Numbered from the stretch's first letter, positions 6,881 through 17,601 are shown. The stretch is DNA of 32,000 nt from an uncultured Mageeibacillus sp. (GCA_964346695.1 CAYFVK010000005.1:7155-39154), one strand, 5' to 3'. Notes: generated from the sequence alone by a model not told the origin. Made by a program: numbers and translations.

Positions 6881-9100
6881 CTAATTTTCCGCAACATTTT
6901 TAGGTTCAAAGCCAAAATAAGCATCTAATATTTTTCTTGCTACTTCAGGTAACCCGCTGCCCTTTTCCGAATTCTCAACAACTCCGGCAAAAACCACCTC
7001 CGGATTATCCGCAGGTGCGTAGCAGACGAATAAAGAGTTAATCTGAATATTTTCGCTGGAACTATTTTGCACCTCTGCCGTACCTGTTTTCATCGCAACC
7101 GGAACAGGATAATCATTAAATTGATTGTATGTCGCCAGCCTTTGATCATAAGCCAAACCCTCCATCGCTTCTCTGACCATCGCGATTGATTCGGCAGAAA
7201 TACCGAGATTTTCTACAGAAATGACTTCCGGCTTGACAATTCTGCCATCAACATCAGTAATTTCTTTGATCACGTGCGGCTGTACCAAATTTCCTGTTGC
7301 AATCGCACCGACTCCTCTTGCCATCTGCATAATGGTATAGGAATTATAAGATTGCCCGATCGCGGATTGCGCAGTGTCCGCCGGAAACCATATTTGATCC
7401 TCCGGCAAAATCTGTGTTTCCCGCTTGAGCTGCGGACTCGGTCTGTAACCTTTTACTTCACCCGGCAGATCAATATTGGTATATTCACCCATTCCCAGCA
7501 TTTTATAGGTCGCGGATAATTTATCAATTCCCGTGTCGATCCCCATTTTAAAGAAATAGAGATTGCAGGAAGTAACCATAGCGTCATGCAGGGTCAGCGG
7601 TCCATGACCGGTTTCCGGCATACTGTAGCATTTCCAGACACGATATCCTATCTCTTCTATGCCATTGCATACATAGACTTGATTATTCCTGTCAATTACT
7701 CCGTTTTCCAGCGCGGCAATCGAGGTAAACGTCTTAAAGGTAGAAGCCGGAGCATAAATCTCAGAAATAGCCCGATTCAGCATGGGTTTCGTTTCATTAT
7801 CATTAAAATAATCTTCAACCCGGTCCGCCGCCTCCTGGTCAAAATCAGCCAGAGAGAAATCCTGCGGATTATAATAGGGAATTGAAGCCATCGAAAGCAC
7901 AGCGCCTGTTTTTACATCCATCAAGACAGCAACAGAAGCATTCGGATGATTTCCGGCCGCTCTCAGTTTATCCAGATTGGACGACAAAGCGTCCAGTGCA
8001 GCGGATTGTAAATCTTTAGATAAAGTCAGGCGAACTTTATTCCCCGGTTTCGGATCAATACCGCCCCGACCTCTGATATATTCCGCTTCTCCTTCGCTGT
8101 TGCGCTGCCAATAACCATAGGGAATTGTTCCCGGCGTACCGTGTAAATACCTTTCCGCGGAATATTCAACGCCGCTTTTCCCGACAACATCATTATAGCC
8201 ATACGACAATTGCTTTAACTGCTGATATTCAGATTCCGAAATATTTCCCGTATAACCGAGAACATGGGAAAAAAGCTGACTGTCTTCCGTGTATTGTCTG
8301 CTTGAAACATCGGCGATTAATACCCCCGCATACCGCTGATTTTGTTCCTCGATCGTATTGATGATTTTTTGATTGACAGGCCCGCCGACTTCGATTGCTT
8401 CCCCTTGCAAAAATTGCCAGTTATGCTCGAGAATTAAATAGCGTAACTGCATAATGCGAAACGCTTCATCAACCGTATAGATCAGATCGCCGCCCGCCTC
8501 CTTGCTCTCGATCTCGAATTTATCAAACAATAAATAATCATAAAATTCAGCCGGATCCAACTTAACCTGTTCGCTTTTTCGATCCGTTTCCGCTTCTGTT
8601 TTAAGATTAAATAAATCTTTGTTCTGCTGCCATTTTTCAATATCTGAAAAATCTTTTTTGAAGACAAAATCCGTTTTGCTTTTAACCGTTTTAGATCTGG
8701 CGTCACTCGCATAAGCAAAATAATTGGTCAGATTGTTCGGCAGCTGTACCCCGTTCTCAATCAGTAAATTCGACAGTTCCAGCAAAGAGCTGTTCAAAGC
8801 CCGATTGGGCAGATTGGCATTGGAAATATAAAGCATCGGCTGCGTAATCGAGTAAGCAAGAGTTTCCCCGTTCAAATCGACTATATCGCCTCTGGGAGCT
8901 TGTACCCGCATCTGAGCCCGCTGTCCGACCGTTTCCGGAATTTGTTCAACCTCGGCCGAGCTGAGTTGTAAAATGGAAGTACGCACAAAAATAATGATCA
9001 GCATAACGACCATAAACAGAGCGACTATCAGAAAACGTGAACTATATTTCTTCTCCTTTGTTCTATGCTCTTTATTTGAAAACGCTGAAAAGTTCGCCAC
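6881..9100 (-). CDS. mrdA: Penicillin-binding protein 2 (class B transpeptidase of the elongasome)
   Basis: N-terminal TM anchor. SxxK (ASTFK), SxN (TSCN), KTG (MKTGTAE). Directly after mreD with a 1-nt overlap (TAGTG, GTG start). Confidence 0.9.
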   Translation of the reverse strand: MANFSAFSNKEHRTKEKKYSSRFLIVALFMVVMLIIIFVRTSILQLSSAEVEQIPETVGQRAQMRVQAPRGDIVDLNGETLAYSITQPMLYISNANLPNRALNSSLLELSNLLIENGVQLPNNLTNYFAYASDARSKTVKSKTDFVFKKDFSDIEKWQQNKDLFNLKTEAETDRKSEQVKLDPAEFYDYLLFDKFEIESKEAGGDLIYTVDEAFRIMQLRYLILEHNWQFLQGEAIEVGGPVNQKIINTIEEQNQRYAGVLIADVSSRQYTEDSQLFSHVLGYTGNISESEYQQLKQLSYGYNDVVGKSGVEYSAERYLHGTPGTIPYGYWQRNSEGEAEYIRGRGGIDPKPGNKVRLTLSKDLQSAALDALSSNLDKLRAAGNHPNASVAVLMDVKTGAVLSMASIPYYNPQDFSLADFDQEAADRVEDYFNDNETKPMLNRAISEIYAPASTFKTFTSIAALENGVIDRNNQVYVCNGIEEIGYRVWKCYSMPETGHGPLTLHDAMVTSCNLYFFKMGIDTGIDKLSATYKMLGMGEYTNIDLPGEVKGYRPSPQLKRETQILPEDQIWFPADTAQSAIGQSYNSYTIMQMARGVGAIATGNLVQPHVIKEITDVDGRIVKPEVISVENLGISAESIAMVREAMEGLAYDQRLATYNQFNDYPVPVAMKTGTAEVQNSSSENIQINSLFVCYAPADNPEVVFAGVVENSEKGSGLPEVARKILDAYFGFEPKNVAEN

Positions 9101-9672
9101 TAAATATCCCCTTTCACACCGGCCAGATCCTCGGCATAAATATCCTTTTCCGATTTTATGAACGGCAGCATTGTTTTGAAAATTAAAGTCCAGACAATTG
9201 TCGCCAATAAATTCAGCCCGACGCCCCGGACAACAGCTTTAGAAAAAAGATCCAGATTGTAAAGATTGATTGATAGATCAAATTGCAGAAAAGCTGAAAA
9301 TTGAAAAATAATCTTCTCTAAAATAACAGAGACAACCGTCGCGACCGTGATTTGCAGGGGCAGAAAAACAAGTTTTCGCTGCCAGATCAACTGTAAGAAG
9401 TGACCGGCCAGATAATAAGTAAACAAACCGACTAAAAGGCTGATCCCAAAGATCGGACTGTAAAGCCAGTCACGTAGCAGGCAGCTTGCGATAGCGAGCG
9501 GAATCCCGAAATTGTCGCTGTAGAGATAGGCAAATACCCAGATTAACGTGAAGAAAAAATCCGGCATTACCGGAAGTCGCGGGAAAAAGACCTGGCAAAT
9601 CTGGTTTAAAAGAAAAGCGATCACCAAATAAGCGATTATTTTAATAATTTTGTTAATTCTATTTTGATCCAT
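9100..9672 (-). CDS. mreD: Rod shape-determining protein MreD
   Basis: 190-aa polytopic membrane protein located between mreC and pbp2. The pattern of hydrophobic helices is typical of MreD. The call rests mostly on position. Confidence 0.75.
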   Translation of the reverse strand: MDQNRINKIIKIIAYLVIAFLLNQICQVFFPRLPVMPDFFFTLIWVFAYLYSDNFGIPLAIASCLLRDWLYSPIFGISLLVGLFTYYLAGHFLQLIWQRKLVFLPLQITVATVVSVILEKIIFQFSAFLQFDLSINLYNLDLFSKAVVRGVGLNLLATIVWTLIFKTMLPFIKSEKDIYAEDLAGVKGDI

Positions 9673-9679
9673 CTTCCCG

Positions 9680-10555
9680 CTATTCTGTTTCTATTGTCTC
9701 AGGTCTATGAAATTCACGACCGGACATTATAAAGACTACATCGGTATCTTTAAAATCTATGGAAACTTCTACCAGTGCCTGTCGGAATCCTTCCTGATTG
9801 ACCGGCAAAATTTCTTTGACCGTCCCGAGCTCCAGTCCGTAGGGGAAAATCCCTCCCTGCCCGCTGGTGATAATGCTGTCGCCCACGTTGATGACCGCCG
9901 TTGTCGGAATTTCATCCAATACGCATAAATTCTGCTTTTTGTAAATAGGATCGCCGCGCAAAAGAAAAGCCTGTCCCCGATTTTGCTCAAGATAGCAACT
10001 GACCGAGAAACCCTCATGGGTTATCGGCAGTACTTTTGCACTGAACGCGTCTGCATTATAAATTCTGCCGAATACCTTTGCCTCGGCATTGACCACCGGA
10101 TAACCCTCTACTTCCGCGAGATCAATCCCCGCATTGCTACCCTGATCGATCCGATACAGTCCCATCTGCTCATTCAGGGGACGTTGGGTAATCCTGGCAG
10201 CGATCAAACTGGCATAATCATAACGGTTGGATAAATTATAGACTTCTTTTAATTTTTCAAGCTCCGCGGCGGCTACTTCATTTTCTTTTATTTTAAGGCG
10301 CAAAGCGATATTTTCTTCGACCAGTGAATCATTCTGCCTGATTAAATCCTGATTTTTTTTATTGGTTTCAAAATAATTCTCTGCCGAGACTCGAATGGTC
10401 GAAATCAAGTTTTCGACCGGTTTGAAAATGAAAGATAAAGGAGCAGTCCCGCGATTGACTATACTGTTCGGCAAAATAGAATAGACCATTAAAATAACCG
10501 CGATAACAGCGACAACAAATACAATTAGAAATCTCTTTCGGCGAGTCTTATTCAC
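9680..10555 (-). CDS. mreC: Rod shape-determining protein MreC
   Basis: N-terminal TM, coiled-coil (ENIALRLKIKENEVAAAELEKLKE), C-terminal beta-barrel domains (GDSIITSGQGGIFPYGLELGTV). GTG start. Confidence 0.9.
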   Translation of the reverse strand: MNKTRRKRFLIVFVVAVIAVILMVYSILPNSIVNRGTAPLSFIFKPVENLISTIRVSAENYFETNKKNQDLIRQNDSLVEENIALRLKIKENEVAAAELEKLKEVYNLSNRYDYASLIAARITQRPLNEQMGLYRIDQGSNAGIDLAEVEGYPVVNAEAKVFGRIYNADAFSAKVLPITHEGFSVSCYLEQNRGQAFLLRGDPIYKKQNLCVLDEIPTTAVINVGDSIITSGQGGIFPYGLELGTVKEILPVNQEGFRQALVEVSIDFKDTDVVFIMSGREFHRPETIETE

Positions 10556-10591
10556 TTAATTTATCCTCGTATAGTTCATTTCAGCCAACTG

Positions 10592-11281
10592 TTAAAAATA
10601 TCCTTCAGCCTTAAAACTGATTGATGCCTTGGTTCCGACAATAATATGATCCAGTACCTCGATGTTTAAATCTTTGCCCATCGCAACAATCTTTCGGGTT
10701 GTCAGTATATCATTTTGAGAAGGCGTCGGATCGCCGCTGGGATGGTTATGGGCAAGAATCAGACCTGCCGCATTGCTCCTGATCGCTTCTCTGAAAATCT
10801 CTCTGCCATCGACATCAATCGATTGTATGTTACCGGTCGATACCTGCACCGTGCGAATCAGATTATGTTTTAGATTCAGCAACGCCACATGAAATTCTTC
10901 CCGCGGTAGGTATTTCATTTTGCCGGCAAAGTAAAAAATCGCTTTTTGATAATCTCCCAGGTTTTTCTGTTCTTGATGAATCAAAAAATCATTGATTCTT
11001 TTGCCGATCTCCATCGCCGCCTTTAAACGAATGGCTTTCACCCTGCCGATCCCGTTTATTTGCTGCATATCCTCCAGACTTGCCGTATCGAGGAAACCGA
11101 TATTTTCTACGGAAGATAATAATTTCAGGGCAATCTCCATTGAGGTGTTACCATTGGTGCCGGATGTTAAAATAATCGCTATTAATTCAGCATCCGACAG
11201 TTTATCGGCGCCAAGCTGTTCCAGCTTCTCATAAGGCCTCTCGGCAAGAGGCCATTCCTGCATTGTCAATTTTCTGTCCAT
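10592..11281 (-). CDS. radC: RadC-family JAB/MPN domain protein (UPF0758)
   Basis: ERPYEKL...LSDAELIAIIL HhH region and JAMM motif HNHPSGDPTPSQND. Start set to the ATG at 11281 (MDRKL), 7 nt after GGAG; the listed start at 11293 is a TTG. Confidence 0.9.
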   Translation of the reverse strand: MDRKLTMQEWPLAERPYEKLEQLGADKLSDAELIAIILTSGTNGNTSMEIALKLLSSVENIGFLDTASLEDMQQINGIGRVKAIRLKAAMEIGKRINDFLIHQEQKNLGDYQKAIFYFAGKMKYLPREEFHVALLNLKHNLIRTVQVSTGNIQSIDVDGREIFREAIRSNAAGLILAHNHPSGDPTPSQNDILTTRKIVAMGKDLNIEVLDHIIVGTKASISFKAEGYF

Positions 11282-11368
11282 ATCAAACTCCAATCTATAT
11301 TTCTTCTTTTACCCATATTTGTAAGAACTGATTTAAGATAAAATAATTGAAGTTTAACGGATCATAAT

Positions 11369-12763
11369 TTAATATTCTGCGTGTCCCACCGTTCTGGCAA
11401 AGGGCAACACATCTCGGATATTGTTGACTCCCGTCAAATACATAATCATTCGCTCGAAACCCAGCCCGTAACCGGCATGGCGAACCGTACCGTATTTTCT
11501 CAAGTCGAGATACCAGCTGTATTCTTCCTCTTTTAAGCCCAATTCATGGATTCTTTGTGTCAGCAATTCAAGATTTTCTTCTCTCTGACTGCCGCCAACA
11601 ATTTCGCCGATCCCCGGGACCAGACAATCCATCGCGGCAACGGTCTTCCCGTCGGGATTCAATTTCATATAAAAGGCTTTAATATCCTTAGGATAGTCCG
11701 TTACGAAGACCGGACCCCGGCAAACTTTTTCCGTCAAATAGCGTTCATGTTCCGTCTGCAAATCAGAACCCCAGCTAATCGGATACTCAAACTTCTGATC
11801 CGCTTTGGCCAATTCTTCAATCGCTTCCGTATAGGTCATATAGGCAAATTTGCTGTTCAAAACCAGCTTCAATCTGGCCAACAATCCCTTATCCACAAAT
11901 TGATTGAAAAATTCCATCTCCTCAGGACATTGAGCCAAGACATGACGAATAATCGCTTTAATCATATCTTCCGCCAAGTTGGCACAATCCTTTAAATCGG
12001 CGAAAGCGATTTCCGGCTCGATCATCCAGAATTCCGCGGCGTGTCTCGGCGTATTGGAGTTTTCCGCCCGGAACGTGGGACCGAAGGTATAGATATTGCG
12101 GAAAGCCATCGCATAGGCTTCTCCCGCTAATTGTCCGCTAACCGTAAGATGAGTTTTTTTGCCAAAGAAATCCTGACTGAAATCGACCCGACCCTGCTCA
12201 TTTAACGGCTGATGATCCGGATCAATCGTGGTGACGCGGAACATTTCGCCTGCACCCTCGGCGTCGCTTGAGGTAATAATCGGAGTATGCACATAGACAA
12301 AATTCCGCTCATGAAAGAATTGATGAATTGCGAAAGCGGCTTCCGAGCGGACTCTGAATACCGCGGAAAGTAAATTCGTGCGAGGTCTCAGATGAGCTAT
12401 TGTGCGCAGGAACTCGGGACTGTGCCGTTTCGGCTGCAGCGGATAATCTTCGGGAGCATCTCCCTCCAGAATTACCTGCTTCGCTTTCATCTCGAAAGGC
12501 TGTTTGGCATCGGGCGTCAGAATGATCTCACCCCTGACGCTGACCGCAGCGCCATTACCGATTTTTGCCACCTCGTCATAATTATCCAAGGTTGATCTTT
12601 CAAATACAATTTGCAGAGGCTTAAAAAAACTGCCGTCATTCAAAGTTATAAAGCCGAAATTTTTCTGATCGCGCAGTGTGCGAATCCAGCCCCCTACCAG
12701 GACTTCCTGATGTTCATATCGTTCCGTATCGCGGTATAAATCGCGCACCAATGTATAAGACAT
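11369..12763 (-). CDS. asnS: Asparagine--tRNA ligase
   Basis: OB-fold N-domain ([23 protein letters not shown]), class II motifs ([21 protein letters not shown]; [15 protein letters not shown]), C-terminal [11 protein letters not shown]. Start placed at the Met of MSYTLV (12763), just after GGTGGAGGAG; the listed ATG at 12790 is an alternative. Confidence 0.93.
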   Translation of the reverse strand: MSYTLVRDLYRDTERYEHQEVLVGGWIRTLRDQKNFGFITLNDGSFFKPLQIVFERSTLDNYDEVAKIGNGAAVSVRGEIILTPDAKQPFEMKAKQVILEGDAPEDYPLQPKRHSPEFLRTIAHLRPRTNLLSAVFRVRSEAAFAIHQFFHERNFVYVHTPIITSSDAEGAGEMFRVTTIDPDHQPLNEQGRVDFSQDFFGKKTHLTVSGQLAGEAYAMAFRNIYTFGPTFRAENSNTPRHAAEFWMIEPEIAFADLKDCANLAEDMIKAIIRHVLAQCPEEMEFFNQFVDKGLLARLKLVLNSKFAYMTYTEAIEELAKADQKFEYPISWGSDLQTEHERYLTEKVCRGPVFVTDYPKDIKAFYMKLNPDGKTVAAMDCLVPGIGEIVGGSQREENLELLTQRIHELGLKEEEYSWYLDLRKYGTVRHAGYGLGFERMIMYLTGVNNIRDVLPFARTVGHAEY

Positions 12764-12837
12764 ATCTCCTCCACCCTTTTTATCTGTCATGATGATTTAA
12801 TTTTTTCTTCCAATGGACAAACACATGCTTTTTCGCG

Positions 12838-13347
12838 CTATACATTTTTGCCGCAGCATTTTTTATATTTTTTGCCGCTGCCGCAAGGACATGGATCATT
12901 TCGTCCGATTTTTTCAGAGCGCACAATCTTGGACTGACGCCAGTCATAAAGCATTTGCTGCTGCTTGGCGGGATCAATGATATTATCCCATGCTTTGATA
13001 TGATAGAGCCAATCTGCTTTCGCTTCATGCATTGCGATGAATAATTTTTCAAAATCAATATCCAGTCGGATTTCCGTATCGTCCGCGATCTCTTCTAATT
13101 CAAGTTTTTCGCGCAAACTCTGATTGAGACCTTCCAAAAAACCGGTGAAGATGATACTTTGATCGGCGAATCCCAATTCCTCCCGCAAATCGGCAAAACT
13201 GCCCTGCCGGATTTTTTCCGGATCCTCTAATATTATCTTATAGGCCGCTTCTTCTAATTTATAATAAAGATCAATATCCGACATATGTTTCTGCTGACTT
13301 TGCTGATCTTGAAACATTTCATTCCATTGTTTAAGATAATTGCTCAT
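12838..13347 (-). CDS. SEC-C metal-binding motif protein of unknown function
   Basis: C-terminal [16 protein letters not shown] (SEC-C zinc motif, as at the SecA/YecA/YchJ termini). The acidic alpha-helical N-terminal part has no motif I recognise. Confidence 0.8.
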   Translation of the reverse strand: MSNYLKQWNEMFQDQQSQQKHMSDIDLYYKLEEAAYKIILEDPEKIRQGSFADLREELGFADQSIIFTGFLEGLNQSLREKLELEEIADDTEIRLDIDFEKLFIAMHEAKADWLYHIKAWDNIIDPAKQQQMLYDWRQSKIVRSEKIGRNDPCPCGSGKKYKKCCGKNV

Positions 13348-13381
13348 ATTTTGCCTTTCTTCTTTTGAACTTTAGTTTCTC

Positions 13382-13411
13382 ATTATAAATCAGTTTGATT
13401 TTCAACGTCAA
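13382..13411 (-). promoter_or_regulatory. Sigma-A promoter for the SEC-C gene (and probably asnS)
   Basis: On the minus strand: TTGACG (13411-13406), 18-nt spacer, TATAAT (13387-13382), about 35 nt upstream of the ATG. Confidence 0.5.
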
Positions 13412-13472
13412 ACCGGTGATTTTTTACCTTTTCAATATTCATTTTACTGTTGAAATTCCGATATATTTCAGA

Positions 13473-14531
13473 CTATCCTGTCTTGGCAAACGCCAAAGCT
13501 GCCTCAATCAGCAGGGTTTCAAAAGCGAGCTGTTCATCCATCCGGCCGCTTTTTACCCGCCATTCCGAAAGAAAAGCGCGGCGGTACAAATCTTCCAGCT
13601 GCTCGATCCGCATATGCCGCGCCTGCTGAATCAGACGTTTGGCTACGAATGGGTAGACGCCCAATTGAGCAATAATCGCCTTCTCCTGATTCAGTTCCTT
13701 TGCCACGATCAGCTGTTTAATATGACGAACCAGCATAAAGCGCAATAATGGAATCGGCTCTTTCAGGGCGAGCAATATATTCAATATTCGCAAGACCTCT
13801 CCCGGCTTTCCGGCAGCTACGGCATCAGTCAAATTAAAAACCGTTCCTGTCAAATCCGGACGGCAAACCAGTGCGATCATCTTTGAGTTAATTCTATCTG
13901 CCTTCTTATATCCGGCATACAAGGCAACTTTCGAAAATTCTTTATCTATTTGCTCCATATCCGATTCACAGCGTTCAATCAAGGAATCAGCCGCGTCCGT
14001 ATCAATCCTGAGCGAGGCCTGATCAGCCTTTAATTGCAGCCATTTTCTTAAAACAGATAATTCTTCACGGCCCACTTCAACAATGACGCCGTCCGAGTTT
14101 TGCCAATCCGTCAAAAGACCTTTACGCCTTTTATCTATATTTTCTTCCCAAAAAATCAAACAGGCAGCTTCATTCAACAAGGGGAAAATCTCCTCCAGCC
14201 TGCTGATCATCTCTTTATGCTGGGCGGCGGAACCTTTTTCGGCTTTTCCGAAAACATGGCTGTTTCGCACAATAATTACTTTTCTTTGAGAGAGAAAAGC
14301 CGGAGTCTGCAGTTCCTGCTTCAGGCGATTGATCTGTTCTGTGCTGATAAAGTTATCCACTTTGATTTGAATCCGATCGATTGCCTGCATTCCCGGAGCG
14401 ATGAACGCGTCTTCAATCTGATCGATCAATTGTTTGATCAGATAATTTTCTGCACCATAAATAAGATATCCTTTATGCCAGTGCTGCTCCAGCATCTCTT
14501 TTTTTATCATGCGAAAATTATATGTCGCCAT
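13473..14531 (-). CDS. holA: DNA polymerase III delta subunit
   Basis: 352 aa, N-terminal YLIYGAENYLI pattern, and the conserved Firmicute position directly after comEC. Confidence 0.85.
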   Translation of the reverse strand: MATYNFRMIKKEMLEQHWHKGYLIYGAENYLIKQLIDQIEDAFIAPGMQAIDRIQIKVDNFISTEQINRLKQELQTPAFLSQRKVIIVRNSHVFGKAEKGSAAQHKEMISRLEEIFPLLNEAACLIFWEENIDKRRKGLLTDWQNSDGVIVEVGREELSVLRKWLQLKADQASLRIDTDAADSLIERCESDMEQIDKEFSKVALYAGYKKADRINSKMIALVCRPDLTGTVFNLTDAVAAGKPGEVLRILNILLALKEPIPLLRFMLVRHIKQLIVAKELNQEKAIIAQLGVYPFVAKRLIQQARHMRIEQLEDLYRRAFLSEWRVKSGRMDEQLAFETLLIEAALAFAKTG

Positions 14532-14559
14532 ATTACTCTCTTTCTTCTTCCCGATTCTG

Positions 14560-16920
14560 TCATTTATAATGGCTGATCCGCCATTTCTTATTTTTTAATT
14601 CTATCATAATTGCCCCGTCAATATCCGTGCGATGACAAGTGATCTGTTGATTTTTCAAGCGCTGCAGCAAATCCGGATGTGGATGTCCATAACGGTTAAC
14701 ACCAACTGAAATTACGGCATGTTCCGGCTTCAGAGCTTCCAAAAGTTGCTCACTGCCGCCATATTTCGAGCCATGATGAGGAACCTTCAGAATGTCGACG
14801 TCGGATAATGTGTGATCCCGCAGCATTTTCCCCTCCACTTCAAAATCGATATCCCCGCTGAAAAACAGGGTTAAACCTTCAATTTCCAAAATAAAACAAA
14901 GGCTGGTTTGATTGTCGTTATCCGGCTTTAACAAATCTTCCCTGTAAGGTGCGAGCAGTTCGATCTCCAGCTCTGATTTTCTCAAGCAAAAGCGATCCCC
15001 TTTTGCGACCTCCTGAACAGGGATATGCCCGGCTTCCGATAGGCGGCGTAATTCATCCTGCGTGGCGGGTGAAACGGCAGGTCGGATTTTCGGTATAATG
15101 AACCGATCAATCATTTTGCTTTCCAGTAAATCGATCATCCCGCCGGCATGATCAAGATCAAAATGGCTGATCACGGCATAGTCAATTTGGTCGATGCCGA
15201 GTTCACGCAGTGCGGGCATGATAACCTGATAGCCCTGACCGGTTCTGCCGCTGTCAATCAACAAAGTTTCCTGTTCGGGCGAAATGATGAGACAACTGTC
15301 TCCCTGCCCGACGTCAAGGAAGAAGATCCGCCAATCAGCTCGAAAAAATCTCTGACCGAGCGTAAAAACTCCGGTCAGCAGCAAAATAAAAAGCAAGGAC
15401 ATTCTGAGCCTGATCTTTTCTTTGCCGAAGACGTAGAGATTTCTTTTCATCACAAAAAGAGTCAGGCAAAATATCAAAAATATTAAAATTCCGACCGTGA
15501 GGAAGCTCTGACGATATTTAACCAAAAATTTAGCGACCGGAGAGTCGGACATCTTTTCGATTAATTCAAAACAATGTTCTCCCAGCCAATCCGGAAAGCG
15601 AAAAAGCGGATCCGGCAGATGCAGATTAGCCGTTTTTTCCAAGAGAAAAAAACCGAAAAAAAGATAGCCTCCGAAAAAGAAAATCAACAGCGGAATAAAC
15701 AAAAAATAGTTGAGAAAAACAGCACTTAACTGCCAGCTGTTAAAATGAAAAAGCAGCAATGGCAGCATGCTGAGCTGAATAATCAAAGACAAAACGACGC
15801 TCTGCACAAAGAGATGCGTTTCTAAATAAGTGTTTTTGAAATAAGGTATCGCCGAATAGATCACAAAGCCGGCCAGAAAGCTCAGCTGAAAGCTAAATCT
15901 TAAAATCGAAAACGGACTGATCAAGAGCCACAGGCAGAGGATGAGCAAAAGAATATTTCTTTTGGGAATTTCAATGCGTGCGATACTTGCCAGCTGATCG
16001 ATGAGAAAAACCGAAGCCGCCCTGATCAATCCGATCGGATAAGCGGTCAAATAGGTAAATAAAAATAGCAGCGGCAAAAGGGTGATCAGGCGGATTCCGG
16101 TTCTGCTTTTATGTTTTTTGAAAAAGGCATTGAAAGGTAAAAGAAACAATTCGAAATGAAAGCCGGAAAGAGCTAAGATATGCTGCAGGCCCAAGATGCG
16201 AAATTGCTGATTCAGCGTCTTGGAAAGATATACTTTTTGTCCAAAACAGAAACTTAGGATAAACTCTACGATTTTCGGATCAAAACGCATATTTAACCAG
16301 TCCGCGAAATTCGCATACAGTATTTCCCGATCGAACTTGAATAACCTTCTATCGCGAATCATTTGCACCGATCCCGCCATTTGTAATTCACCGCGCAGAT
16401 AGCAGTTATATTGCGCCAAATACTCGTCTTCCGCAAAGCCACCTGGATTTCTTTGCGGTTCAGCAGCTTTAATCAAAAATTGTCCGCTCAGCTCCCGGAT
16501 ATTTTTTTGCTCTTTCTTAAGCCAGACGGCAATTCTCGCTCCTTCATCTGTTTCAAAAATCACGAATTGCGAGCCTTCTTCCGTGTTGAATAATGATCTT
16601 TTTTTCTTCAGGCGCAAATTGACCGTTTGATTAAGATAAGGCGATATGCTCTTGGCATTTTCTTTTTGATGTTTCACTGCCAAGCCCTGAACAAAAAGCG
16701 TGACAAAAATCAGCCAGAAAATCAGCTGATCCCGCCTTTTAATAAATTCCGAGGCATAAAGAAAAACTCCGCACAGGAAAAGTAAAAGCAGGACAAAACC
16801 AAGCAGCGAATGCAGCACGAGCAAAGTACCGATAATCAGCAGTAAAGCCAGGGCAGGCAAGCCGAAACGATAACTTTCAAAAAAATAAGCGAGAATTCTT
16901 TTTAAATAATACTTTTCCAT
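14560..16920 (-). CDS. comEC: ComEC/Rec2 DNA internalisation channel protein with C-terminal MBL domain
   Basis: Polytopic competence domain followed by an MBL nuclease-like domain (FFLDVGQGDS, SHFDLDHAGG, KVPHHGS). 786 aa. Confidence 0.9.
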   Translation of the reverse strand: MEKYYLKRILAYFFESYRFGLPALALLLIIGTLLVLHSLLGFVLLLLFLCGVFLYASEFIKRRDQLIFWLIFVTLFVQGLAVKHQKENAKSISPYLNQTVNLRLKKKRSLFNTEEGSQFVIFETDEGARIAVWLKKEQKNIRELSGQFLIKAAEPQRNPGGFAEDEYLAQYNCYLRGELQMAGSVQMIRDRRLFKFDREILYANFADWLNMRFDPKIVEFILSFCFGQKVYLSKTLNQQFRILGLQHILALSGFHFELFLLPFNAFFKKHKSRTGIRLITLLPLLFLFTYLTAYPIGLIRAASVFLIDQLASIARIEIPKRNILLLILCLWLLISPFSILRFSFQLSFLAGFVIYSAIPYFKNTYLETHLFVQSVVLSLIIQLSMLPLLLFHFNSWQLSAVFLNYFLFIPLLIFFFGGYLFFGFFLLEKTANLHLPDPLFRFPDWLGEHCFELIEKMSDSPVAKFLVKYRQSFLTVGILIFLIFCLTLFVMKRNLYVFGKEKIRLRMSLLFILLLTGVFTLGQRFFRADWRIFFLDVGQGDSCLIISPEQETLLIDSGRTGQGYQVIMPALRELGIDQIDYAVISHFDLDHAGGMIDLLESKMIDRFIIPKIRPAVSPATQDELRRLSEAGHIPVQEVAKGDRFCLRKSELEIELLAPYREDLLKPDNDNQTSLCFILEIEGLTLFFSGDIDFEVEGKMLRDHTLSDVDILKVPHHGSKYGGSEQLLEALKPEHAVISVGVNRYGHPHPDLLQRLKNQQITCHRTDIDGAIMIELKNKKWRISHYK

Positions 16921-17004
16921 GGGAAAAGTATCGCTGAATATTTAAAGAAGATGTCGGGAAAAAATCAGAAAAAGCAAAATAAATGAGAAAACGATATCCT
17001 CCGG

Positions 17005-17601
17005 TCAAAACTCCAGCACGGCGCTGATAGCCGATTTTAATTGCTCTATCCCCTCTTTGGCGGCGGCGGAAGTCACAATCGGCTCGAAATCATCGCCCAA
17101 TTTCTCAGATAAATAACTTTTAATCAGCTCTACCTGCGGTTTGATTTTTGTCTTTTTCAACTTATCGGCCTTGGTCAAAACAATCACATAGGGCACATGT
17201 GCGTGATTAATCCAATTCAGCATGTCCAAATCCTCCGCGCTCGGTTTGTGACGTATGTCCAAAAGCTGAATAATCAGGCGAAATGAAGCGGTTTCAATGT
17301 ATTTTTCCGTCAGTTCGGAAAATTTTATTTTTTCTTTTTGCGAAACTGCGGCATAGCCGTATCCCGGCAAATCGACCAGAAAAAATTTTTGATCGATATT
17401 GTAGAAAATAACCTGTCTTGTTTTTCCGGGACTCTGACTGACCCGGGCTAAATTTTTGTTGTTGCATAAAGCGTTGATCAGAGAAGATTTGCCGACATTT
17501 GATTTCCCGGAAATCGCGATCTGAGGCAGGTTGCTTTGTGGAAACTGCTCAGAAAAACCGGCAACTTGTTCTAATTTTGTATTTTGATAATTGATCTTCA
17601 T
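17005..17601 (-). CDS. engB: Ribosome biogenesis GTPase YsxC/EngB
   Basis: G1 GKSNVGKSSLINAL, G3 DLPGYG, G4 TKADK. 198 aa. Confidence 0.9.
   Translation of the reverse strand: MKINYQNTKLEQVAGFSEQFPQSNLPQIAISGKSNVGKSSLINALCNNKNLARVSQSPGKTRQVIFYNIDQKFFLVDLPGYGYAAVSQKEKIKFSELTEKYIETASFRLIIQLLDIRHKPSAEDLDMLNWINHAHVPYVIVLTKADKLKKTKIKPQVELIKSYLSEKLGDDFEPIVTSAAAKEGIEQLKSAISAVLEF

Noticed and set aside
11546-11995. Long antisense ORFs inside asnS (11546-11995). Similar ones occur in holA (14100-14576), Prs-like 2 (19326-19745), nagB (20510-20944), pheT (3386-4111) and rqcH (22217-22597).
   Set aside because: All lie fully within strongly supported genes on the other strand. They have no recognisable motifs or translation signals and are typical shadow ORFs.
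12780-13058. A 92-aa minus-strand ORF overlapping the 3' end of the SEC-C gene and the asnS start.
   Set aside because: It is in an alternative frame of the SEC-C gene with no SD. The SEC-C frame carries the conserved [14 protein letters not shown] motif, so this ORF is spurious.
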